Shown here one piece after another: positions 8,109 through 15,451 of a stretch of DNA of 32,000 bases. The notes under the pieces were generated by a model. That model was given only the letters and a program-made list of their open reading frames with translations, ran no database searches and was not told where the DNA came from. Where the stretch lies: positions 2,070,001-2,102,000 of the forward strand of contig NC_011979.1 in the NCBI RefSeq assembly GCF_000022265.1, written 5' to 3'. Each line of letters begins with the position of its first letter. The stretch's first letter is position 1. Position numbers and translations under genes: made by a program. The stretch is from Geotalea daltonii FRC-32. GTDB lineage: Bacteria; Desulfobacterota; Desulfuromonadia; Geobacterales; Geobacteraceae.

Positions 8109-9470
8109 ATGCAAAATCGTGCCGCGATTACCCTGCTTTTGCTGGCAGCAATAGCGCTTCCGCTGGTGGCCGTCGACTGTGCCCATGCGATTCCAGCTTT
8201 CAGCCGTCAACACAAAACCGAATGTTCCACCTGTCATACGATATATCCGGAATTGAACGAGTACGGAGAAGCATTCCAGAAAAACAGCTATGTGCCCTTG
8301 GTGAAGAAATCGGAGGTTAGTGCGCCCGCGCCTGCCGCCGGTCCGGTAGTTTCCGGTGAAGGCGATCCCGAACTGCTGGCGCAGCTGAAGTCACAGGCGG
8401 CTGCCGGCCAAGGGCAGGAAAAAAGAGCCCCGGAACAAAGGGTGCAGGGAAACGAAGGACTGTGGCTCTCCGGCATTCCGGAACTCCTCCCCGTTTCGTT
8501 CAGGGCAACCCAGAACGTGGTCTACAACAATGATGCTGCCGATAATCACAAATTCGATTTCGCCACCCGCACCTTTGTCCTCAACGGCGGCGGTGCGTTC
8601 AGGGACAAGGCCGGCTTTTATGCATCCTACATCCTCAGCAGTCATGCCCAGGACAGCACCAGCCGGAGCAGGGATCTCCACGAGTTGTTTCTCCAGTGGC
8701 GCAACCTTCTCGACACCCCGTTCAATATCAAGTTCGGCCGATTCGAGCCGAAGCTCAACCTGTGGAAATCCAACAACAAGATCACGACTGCGTCCACATT
8801 GGCACCACTGTCCTACAGCGTTGCCGGAGTATTCCCCAGCCGCTTTACCCAGACCTCAAGCCAGGACGCACTTGAGGCCAACGCCATCCTCTGGAAACGG
8901 ATCTTCGTTGCCGGCGGCATAGTGGATCGGGACGGACAGGACCGCAAGGAAGGTTACGGCCATATCTCCTTGAAGCTGGGAGGGGCGGATTTCCATGGTG
9001 AAGAGCCCGAGATGGACCTGGAAAGCGAGAGCATCTTCGATTATCTGACGGTGACCTTCGGCGGCTTCGGTTATGTGGGACGCAACACCTTCGACGATAC
9101 GGGTATCGGCGCCCAGAACCGTTTCTACCGCGCTGGTGGCGACATGGACCTTCAGTACAAACGGCTGAGGATCAAGGTGAGCGGTGTCCACGGCTGGGAT
9201 GAAAACCCTGATTACAGCAGCGCCCCTGTGGAGAGGGATTCCGTTGTCGTCGGCTCTGAGGCCGAATACTACCTGGGATCACCGATCGACGCCGCGGTGC
9301 TTTTCCGTTATGAATACCAGGATGACGGGCTGGAGATTACCCGTCGCTATGTGCCCGCTGTAGTTTACACACCACTGCAGAACGTCAAGCTGTCCCTTGA
9401 GTACCGATATGAAGACATGCGGGAGAAAATTTCCCGAATTGCCCTTCTTGGTGTAACGTACGCTTTTTGA
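8109..9470 (+). CDS. Fused monohaem cytochrome c / outer-membrane beta-barrel protein (Cyc2-like)
   Basis: Start chosen at ATG 8109, with GGGGAGGG 8 nt upstream (the ORF track starts at GTG 8091). Signal peptide ends AHA. A single CSTCH lies a few residues after the cleavage site, in IPAFSRQHKTECSTCHTIYPELNEYGEAFQKNSY. An A/P/G/Q-rich linker follows, then roughly 350 aa of alternating hydrophobic/polar strand-like segments ending ...LLGVTYAF (terminal Phe, typical of outer-membrane barrels). Confidence 0.75.
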   Translation: MQNRAAITLLLLAAIALPLVAVDCAHAIPAFSRQHKTECSTCHTIYPELNEYGEAFQKNSYVPLVKKSEVSAPAPAAGPVVSGEGDPELLAQLKSQAAAGQGQEKRAPEQRVQGNEGLWLSGIPELLPVSFRATQNVVYNNDAADNHKFDFATRTFVLNGGGAFRDKAGFYASYILSSHAQDSTSRSRDLHELFLQWRNLLDTPFNIKFGRFEPKLNLWKSNNKITTASTLAPLSYSVAGVFPSRFTQTSSQDALEANAILWKRIFVAGGIVDRDGQDRKEGYGHISLKLGGADFHGEEPEMDLESESIFDYLTVTFGGFGYVGRNTFDDTGIGAQNRFYRAGGDMDLQYKRLRIKVSGVHGWDENPDYSSAPVERDSVVVGSEAEYYLGSPIDAAVLFRYEYQDDGLEITRRYVPAVVYTPLQNVKLSLEYRYEDMREKISRIALLGVTYAF

Positions 9471-9503
9471 TAACAGAGTCAAAGTATTGCGGAGGAATAT
9501 CAA

Positions 9504-9863
9504 ATGAATAAAGTGTTTTCTTTTCTGATTTTATTCTGCCTTTCTACGACCGCTGCCCACGCCGGGTTGAAAGTCATCGGCAGGGGGGACAGCATGCGGC
9601 TTGATCCTGCAAAATTCCCATCGGCAATGAAGGCTAATTATGAGATCATGAAAACCAAGTGTGTGAAATGCCATACTCTGGAAAGGACAATCGTGGCCAT
9701 TCAGACAGGTGTTGCACCTATTTCCGGACAGATCTTCGACCGGAACGCGACCAAGGCATATGGCGTGAAAATGCTGCGCAAGCCCGATTCCAATATGAGC
9801 AAGCCGGAGGTCAAAGCTACAGTTGAGTTGATGAACTACCTGCTTAATGAAGCTGAACACTAA
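9504..9863 (+). CDS. Small periplasmic monohaem c-type cytochrome
   Basis: 119 aa. Signal peptide ending AHA. Single CVKCH motif. GGAGGA Shine-Dalgarno sequence 7 nt upstream. Only 33 nt downstream of the Cyc2-like gene, so probably co-transcribed. Confidence 0.8.
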   Translation: MNKVFSFLILFCLSTTAAHAGLKVIGRGDSMRLDPAKFPSAMKANYEIMKTKCVKCHTLERTIVAIQTGVAPISGQIFDRNATKAYGVKMLRKPDSNMSKPEVKATVELMNYLLNEAEH

Positions 9864-9948
9864 ACTTTCAGCCCGATACTTATACGAAACCATAAATATT
9901 CAGCAAGTCCGTACCTTGTAATAGTTTGGAAATCACGAGGGTTCGCAC

Positions 9949-12189
9949 GTGAAAAATATGAAACTCAGTTATCGCCTGGTTGGCTCCTTTCTGATCATGG
10001 CCCTGATTGTCGCCTTGACCGGCGCCTTTGGCTCATGGAGTATGAAAAGGGTGGGGGATCAGATCCAGAACATCATGCAGAACCTGGCAAGCCAGCAGAA
10101 ACTTGTCCTGCTCATGGGAGTGACCCAGAAATACTGCCATGTGAGCCTGATGCAGGCCGCCATGGTTCGCGCCGAAAAGGACAAATTCGAGGAATATGCC
10201 GAAGACTATCGCATGAAGCGGGATTTGTTTCGCAGCCAGTGCGAAATCATGCTGAAAGGAAATGCCAAACTCGGCATCAAGCCTGCCAAGGCAGGAAGTG
10301 TTATTGAGCAACGAACCAACGCCGCCCTTGCCAGCTGGGAAGAGTTCGAGAAAATAGCTGACGAACTTCTGGCTCACAAGGAGGGCCTGCTGAAAGGCGT
10401 GAAGCCTGGTGTCGTAGATCAGGCAGCAATGGCTGCCCTGGCTGACAACAGGCTCAACAAGCTTGCCCAGGAAGATATTGCCGATGCGATTGAAAAGGCA
10501 AAGGCCGACACTGATGATCTGCTCCTTGAGGTCGGAACGCAGATGACCAAGGCGGACAAGCAGGTTCATGAGATTCAGAGCACTTCGGTGATCGCCTTTG
10601 TCGTTGTGATTATCGCAGCGGTCATTCTCGGTATACTCCTGGGTATCAAAACCACAAGGAATATCGTTACGCGCATCCATTCAATGGCAAAAGCACTTGA
10701 TGAAGGTGCAGATGGAAATCTTACCACAAGGGTAGCTGTTGATTCCGGCGACGAGTTGGGAAAACTTGGTGCGGATTTCAACGTCATGGCTGCAAAACTC
10801 TCCGTGGTGGTCGGTAAAGTCAATCGATCTGCTGCCGAGCTCACCTCTATCTCCGGTACCATAAATGAGTCATCCCAGAAGGTTGTCGATACTGCCAGAA
10901 TACAGGCTGACAGTGTCAACAACACTTCTGCGGCTATTTCCCAGATAAATACCTCGGTCAAAGGGGTTGCCAGGGGGGTGGACAGCCTGTCCCTTTCCGC
11001 CTCCGAAAGCTCTTCCTCTATTCTCGAAATGGCCGCCAGTGTCGAAGAGGTTGCCCAGAATGTTGAAACACTTTCCCATTCCGTTGAGGATGTGAGTTCT
11101 TCCATCACCCAGATGGCCGCATCCATCAAGCAGATCGGCAACGGGGTGGTGAGCCTTCTCGATGTGGCCACGTCAACTGCTTCGTCGGTTATGGAAATGG
11201 ACAGCACCATCAAGCAGGTGGAAAGAAATGCCATGGAGACAGCTGCCATCTCCGATGAAGTCCGCAAGGATGCTGAAACCGGCAAGGAAGCCGTTGAGGC
11301 TACCATCGAAGGTATTGATGAGATCAAGCGTTCTTCCCGCATTACCTACGAAGTTATTGATACTCTCTCCGGACGGACCACCGATATTGGCGCCATTCTT
11401 TCAGTTATCGACGAGGTGGCGGAGCAGACAAATCTTTTGGCCCTGAATGCAGCCATTATTGCTGCGCAGGCTGGGGAGCACGGCAAGGGGTTTGCCGTGG
11501 TGGCCGACGAGATAAAAGAACTTGCCGAACGTACCAGCAGTTCCACCAGGGAAATTGCCATGGTCATCAAAGCCGTGCAGGATGAGACTCACCGGGCGGT
11601 AAAGGCAATGGAGCAGGCTGAAAAGAGCATTGCCGACGGCGAGCTCCTGTCACGGAAATCCGGTGAAGCGTTGAACAAGATCGTAACCGGGGTGCAGAAA
11701 GCAACCGAACAGGTGGATGAGATAGCCCGCGCCACTGTCGAGCAGGCAAAGGGCAGCCAGATGATCCGCGAAGCAATGGAGCAGGTGTCCGAGATGGTGG
11801 AGCAGATTGCCAAGGCCACTCGCGAGCAGGGGCAGGGAAGCGAATTGATTATGACCGCCGTGGAAAAAATGAAGGCACTCACCGGACAGGTCAGGTCTTC
11901 TACCCGGGAGCAGAGCAAAGTCGGCAGCTTCATTGCCAAATCAACGGAAAACATAACCGACATGATTCAGCAGATAAAACGCGCCTGTGATGAACAGAAC
12001 CGGGGCAGCGAGCAGATCGTTGTCGCCGTCGAGGACATTCAGCAGTCGACCCATATCAACCTGGAGGCCACCGGTGCCATGAACGAAGCGGTTTCGGGCC
12101 TTTTCCGCCAGATCGAAGTCCTGCGCAAGGAGATGGACATGTTCAAGGTGGACGAGGAAGAAGTTACTGAACTTGAGGAAACGGCATAA
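9949..12189 (+). CDS. Methyl-accepting chemotaxis protein with a periplasmic helical sensor, a HAMP domain and an unusually long signalling hairpin
   Basis: 746 aa. Two TM segments (approx. res 10-30 and 205-225). HAMP-like segment (...[18 protein letters not shown]). Highly conserved MCP tip [34 protein letters not shown]. About 450 aa follow HAMP, with visible internal repeats. The start is GTG 9949 (ACGAGGG upstream) or ATG 9958. Confidence 0.95.
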   Translation: MKNMKLSYRLVGSFLIMALIVALTGAFGSWSMKRVGDQIQNIMQNLASQQKLVLLMGVTQKYCHVSLMQAAMVRAEKDKFEEYAEDYRMKRDLFRSQCEIMLKGNAKLGIKPAKAGSVIEQRTNAALASWEEFEKIADELLAHKEGLLKGVKPGVVDQAAMAALADNRLNKLAQEDIADAIEKAKADTDDLLLEVGTQMTKADKQVHEIQSTSVIAFVVVIIAAVILGILLGIKTTRNIVTRIHSMAKALDEGADGNLTTRVAVDSGDELGKLGADFNVMAAKLSVVVGKVNRSAAELTSISGTINESSQKVVDTARIQADSVNNTSAAISQINTSVKGVARGVDSLSLSASESSSSILEMAASVEEVAQNVETLSHSVEDVSSSITQMAASIKQIGNGVVSLLDVATSTASSVMEMDSTIKQVERNAMETAAISDEVRKDAETGKEAVEATIEGIDEIKRSSRITYEVIDTLSGRTTDIGAILSVIDEVAEQTNLLALNAAIIAAQAGEHGKGFAVVADEIKELAERTSSSTREIAMVIKAVQDETHRAVKAMEQAEKSIADGELLSRKSGEALNKIVTGVQKATEQVDEIARATVEQAKGSQMIREAMEQVSEMVEQIAKATREQGQGSELIMTAVEKMKALTGQVRSSTREQSKVGSFIAKSTENITDMIQQIKRACDEQNRGSEQIVVAVEDIQQSTHINLEATGAMNEAVSGLFRQIEVLRKEMDMFKVDEEEVTELEETA

Positions 12190-12204
12190 TTCGGAGAACT
12201 CGTG

Positions 12205-12999
12205 ATGGGCAGAATTGACAATACTTTTGCCAAGCTGGCAAAAAACAAAAAAAAGGCGCTGGTAACTTTTATTACCGCCGGTGATCCGGACCTTGAAACA
12301 ACCGAATCACTGATCATCGATCTGGAGAAAGCAGGTGCCGACCTGATAGAACTGGGGGTTCCATTTTCGGATCCCATGGCTGACGGTCCCACCATACAAC
12401 TGTCTTCGGAGCGTGCTTTGGCAGCCGGTACCACTTTGCCAAAAATTTTAGCCACAGTAAAATCGGTACGCAGAAAGACCCAGATACCTATCATTCTGAT
12501 GGGCTATTACAATCCGATTTTTCTTCACGGCGTAGAGCGATTTGTTTCTGATGCCGTTGCTGCCGGTGTGGACGGGGTTCTGCTGGTAGACCTGCCGCCG
12601 GAGGAAGCCGGGGAATTCAAGGCCATTGCCGACAGGAGCGGATTGGCGGTTATCTTTCTCCTGACTCCAACTTCCGATGAGGAACGAATCAGGAAAGTGG
12701 CGCACCTGGGAAGTGGTTTCATCTACTACGTCTCGGTTACGGGTGTTACCGGCGCCAGGTCAAGCGTAGCCGAAAATGTGTTTTCCGACGTGCAAAAGAT
12801 CAGGAAACGGGTGACTCTGCCTGTGGTTGTCGGATTCGGCATTTCCGACCCGGCTCAGGCCGGCAGCATAGCCTCGGTCGCCGACGGAGTCGTTGTCGGC
12901 AGTGCCCTTGTCAGGCAGTTCGAACAGTTCAGCGGCAAAGAGCTCCACACGAAGTTATCAACCATGGTTTCAGCCCTCAAGGCAGGCATTGCAGCGTGA
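12205..12999 (+). CDS. trpA: Tryptophan synthase alpha subunit
   Basis: [11 protein letters not shown]...[19 protein letters not shown]...[10 protein letters not shown]...VVGFGIS is colinear with TrpA. ATG 12205 has GGAGA 7 nt upstream (the ORF track starts at GTG 12202). Confidence 0.95.
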   Translation: MGRIDNTFAKLAKNKKKALVTFITAGDPDLETTESLIIDLEKAGADLIELGVPFSDPMADGPTIQLSSERALAAGTTLPKILATVKSVRRKTQIPIILMGYYNPIFLHGVERFVSDAVAAGVDGVLLVDLPPEEAGEFKAIADRSGLAVIFLLTPTSDEERIRKVAHLGSGFIYYVSVTGVTGARSSVAENVFSDVQKIRKRVTLPVVVGFGISDPAQAGSIASVADGVVVGSALVRQFEQFSGKELHTKLSTMVSALKAGIAA

Positions 13000-13056
13000 A
13001 ACTTACCATTATAACCTCTGAAGTCCTTAGGAAATCCATCGTCGCTTCCATAAAAA

Positions 13057-13085
13057 TTGACTTGGCACATCCTTTCTGCTAATAG
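13057..13085 (+). promoter_or_regulatory. Weak sigma70-like promoter candidate upstream of accD (TTGACT-N17-TAATAG)
   Basis: TTGACT at 13057-13062, a 17-nt spacer, then TAATAG at 13080-13085. The -10 element is poor. Confidence 0.25.
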
Positions 13086-13141
13086 AACATTTCATTTTCA
13101 ATAAAACCAACCCGGCAAATGATGCCATGAAGAGGGCAAAT

Positions 13142-13990
13142 ATGGGCTTGTTCAGTAAACGTAACGGCGTTCAGGCGACTACCGAAAAAAAGAGGGTTCG
13201 CGTTCCGGAAGGGCTCTGGACGAAATGCCAGAGTTGCGGCGAAGTCATCATATCCAAGGATATCGAGAGCAATCTCAATGTCTGCCCAAAATGCAATTTT
13301 CATTTCCGCATTTCGGCACGGAAAAGACTTGCCATTCTTCTCGATGAAGGGAGTTTCGTCGAGCATGATGCAAATATTGTGTCGGTGGACTGCCTCAACT
13401 TCAAGGATTCGAAAAGCTACCAGGAACGTATCAATGCAGCCGTTGCCAAAGGGGGCTCCAAGGACGCCATCATCTGCGGCGAAGGAAAGATTGAAGGAAC
13501 GCCGCTGCAGGTTGCCGTCTTCGATTTCTCCTTCATGGGGGGCAGCATGGGGAGCGTGGTCGGCGAAAAGATAACCCGAGCCATCGAACGGGGTATCGAA
13601 AAACATACCCCGGTGATAATCATCTCTGCATCGGGAGGGGCGAGGATGCAGGAGAGTATCCTGTCGCTGATGCAGATGGCCAAAACCTCTGCGGCACTGG
13701 CCAAACTGAAGGAGAAGGGACTCCCTTTTATTTCCATCCTCACCGATCCCACCACCGGCGGTGTAACTGCAAGCTTCGCCATGCTCGGAGACATCAACAT
13801 GTCCGAGCCCAAGGCACTCATCGGTTTTGCCGGTCCTCGAGTCATCGAACAGACCATCCGTCAGAAACTGCCAGCCGGTTTCCAGCGGGCTGAGTACCTC
13901 CTTGACCACGGCATGGTCGATATCATTGTCGAGCGCAGGGAGATGCGCCAGAAACTCTCCCAGATGCTGAAGATGTTGTACCGGCAATAA
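13142..13990 (+). CDS. accD: Acetyl-CoA carboxylase carboxyltransferase beta subunit
   Basis: N-terminal zinc ribbon [23 protein letters not shown], then the carboxyltransferase domain ([15 protein letters not shown]...SGGARMQE...). ATG 13142 has AGAGGG upstream. The alternative start ATG 13127 has no Shine-Dalgarno sequence. Confidence 0.95.
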   Translation: MGLFSKRNGVQATTEKKRVRVPEGLWTKCQSCGEVIISKDIESNLNVCPKCNFHFRISARKRLAILLDEGSFVEHDANIVSVDCLNFKDSKSYQERINAAVAKGGSKDAIICGEGKIEGTPLQVAVFDFSFMGGSMGSVVGEKITRAIERGIEKHTPVIIISASGGARMQESILSLMQMAKTSAALAKLKEKGLPFISILTDPTTGGVTASFAMLGDINMSEPKALIGFAGPRVIEQTIRQKLPAGFQRAEYLLDHGMVDIIVERREMRQKLSQMLKMLYRQ

Positions 13991-14021
13991 TTCAACGGTT
14001 TTGTCGGTGCCGGGACCAAGG

Positions 14022-14056
14022 CCCCTGCTTTTCGGATGGTGAATGGCAGGGGTTTT
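14022..14056 (+). terminator. Weak terminator-like hairpin after accD
   Basis: CCCCTGC (14022-14028) pairs with GCAGGGG (14046-14052), followed by TTTT. The 17-nt loop is long, so this is only a moderate candidate. Confidence 0.35.
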
Positions 14057-14082
14057 CCATATTCTTCACTACCGCAAATCTG

Positions 14083-14111
14083 TAGACTTTTCCACGTGCT
14101 TTCCCTATAAT
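14083..14111 (+). promoter_or_regulatory. sigma70-like promoter candidate (TAGACT-N17-TATAAT) immediately upstream of folC
   Basis: A perfect TATAAT at 14106-14111 ends 11 nt before the folC ATG at 14123. TAGACT lies at 14083-14088. Confidence 0.35.
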
Positions 14112-14122
14112 TCCGGCCTGCC

Positions 14123-15397
14123 ATGACCTATCAGGAGATTCTCAACCACATATACAGCCTTGGCCGTTTCGGTATCAGGCCGGGTTTAGACCGAATAACC
14201 GCCCTGCTGCAAGCCCTGGATAATCCCCAGTCGACCTTCAAATCCGTTCACGTGGCCGGTACCAACGGCAAAGGCTCCACCTCGTGTTTTATGGCATCCA
14301 TGCTTGCTGAGGGAGGCTATCGCGTCGGGCTTTTTACCTCACCGCATCTGATCAGCTTCACCGAGAGAATCCGCATCAACGGCATGGAAATTTTCGAAGA
14401 GGACGTGGTCAGGCTGGGGCAGAGGGTGCTGTCGGCAGCACCGGCGGAAACGACGTTTTTTGAAATGGTCACTGCCATGGCCTGTCTCCATTTTGCCGAA
14501 CAGAAGGTGGATTTGGCTGTCATGGAAGCAGGCATGGGGGGAAGCTTTGATGCCACCAACGCCCTTGACGGCATTCTCTCGGTCATTACTCCTATCTCTA
14601 TTGACCACAGCGAATATCTGGGGTCATCCATTGCTGCCATTGCCAGAGAGAAAGCGGGCATCATCAAGGCGGGGCGACCGGTGGTCATTTCCTCCCAAGA
14701 GCCTGACGCAAGGGGGGAACTGGAAATGCGTTGCCGTGAACTGGACAGCCCCCTCTATTGCTGTGGCAGAGACTTTGACGCGGAGTGGCTGGAAAACGGC
14801 CTTTCCTACAAAGGGGGGGCCATTTCACTGGCAGGCCTCAGGCCGGGACTTTGCGGCAGCTATCAGAAATTCAATGCTGCTGTAGCTCTGGCCGCAGTGG
14901 AGGCCCTTGGCCAGGCGGGATTTTCCATGGCAATGACTGCCATGTCTGCCGGGATCGAAGTGGCAAAGTGGCCGGGCCGGATGGAGATGCTAAACACTTC
15001 ACCTCGCATACTCCTTGACGGAGCCCACAACCCGGCCGGAAGCGCGGCACTGGCTGGTGCCCTGTCTGAAATCCCACGCAGGCGGCTGCTGCTGATCGTT
15101 GGCGTTATGGGGGACAAGGATCTGGGGGGCATTCTCGGACCTATCCTGCCTTTCGCCGATGAGGTCTTTGCCGTAGCACCTTTGTTGCCGCGGGCTCTCC
15201 CAGCGGCGGAACTTGCAGAATTCTGCCGTCGACAAGGGCTGATGGCCCATGATGCGGGGAGCGTGACGGCTGGATTGGCTGCTGCCCGGAGTCGGGCCGG
15301 GGCCGATGACCTGATCCTTGTCTGCGGGTCCCTCTTCACGGTGGGGGAGGCAAGAGCCACCCTTTTTTCCCGGCAATACGAGCCGTTCCGCGGTTGA
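14123..15397 (+). CDS. folC: Bifunctional folylpolyglutamate synthase / dihydrofolate synthase
   Basis: 424 aa Mur-ligase-family protein with P-loop HVAGTNGKGST. It sits in the accD-folC synteny that is conserved in many proteobacteria. Confidence 0.9.
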   Translation: MTYQEILNHIYSLGRFGIRPGLDRITALLQALDNPQSTFKSVHVAGTNGKGSTSCFMASMLAEGGYRVGLFTSPHLISFTERIRINGMEIFEEDVVRLGQRVLSAAPAETTFFEMVTAMACLHFAEQKVDLAVMEAGMGGSFDATNALDGILSVITPISIDHSEYLGSSIAAIAREKAGIIKAGRPVVISSQEPDARGELEMRCRELDSPLYCCGRDFDAEWLENGLSYKGGAISLAGLRPGLCGSYQKFNAAVALAAVEALGQAGFSMAMTAMSAGIEVAKWPGRMEMLNTSPRILLDGAHNPAGSAALAGALSEIPRRRLLLIVGVMGDKDLGGILGPILPFADEVFAVAPLLPRALPAAELAEFCRRQGLMAHDAGSVTAGLAAARSRAGADDLILVCGSLFTVGEARATLFSRQYEPFRG

Positions 15398-15451
15398 AAG
15401 CAGTATTAATATCGGTCCAGCTTTTCAAATTTTAGCCTGTCAGAGTCCTAA

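Noticed and set aside
3784-9863. A mobile genomic island (integrase, transposase, tRNA or direct-repeat borders) as the origin of the cytochrome locus
   Set aside because: No integrase or transposase ORF, tRNA gene or flanking direct repeats are visible in or around the segment. Only the unusual position between trpB and trpA, and the AT-rich spacers, hint at accessory status.
13063-13080. A sigma54-type promoter suggested by TGGCAC upstream of accD
   Set aside because: The downstream GC element is 12 nt, not 10 nt, from the GG doublet (TGGCACATCCTTTCTGC). It therefore does not fit the -24/-12 spacing.
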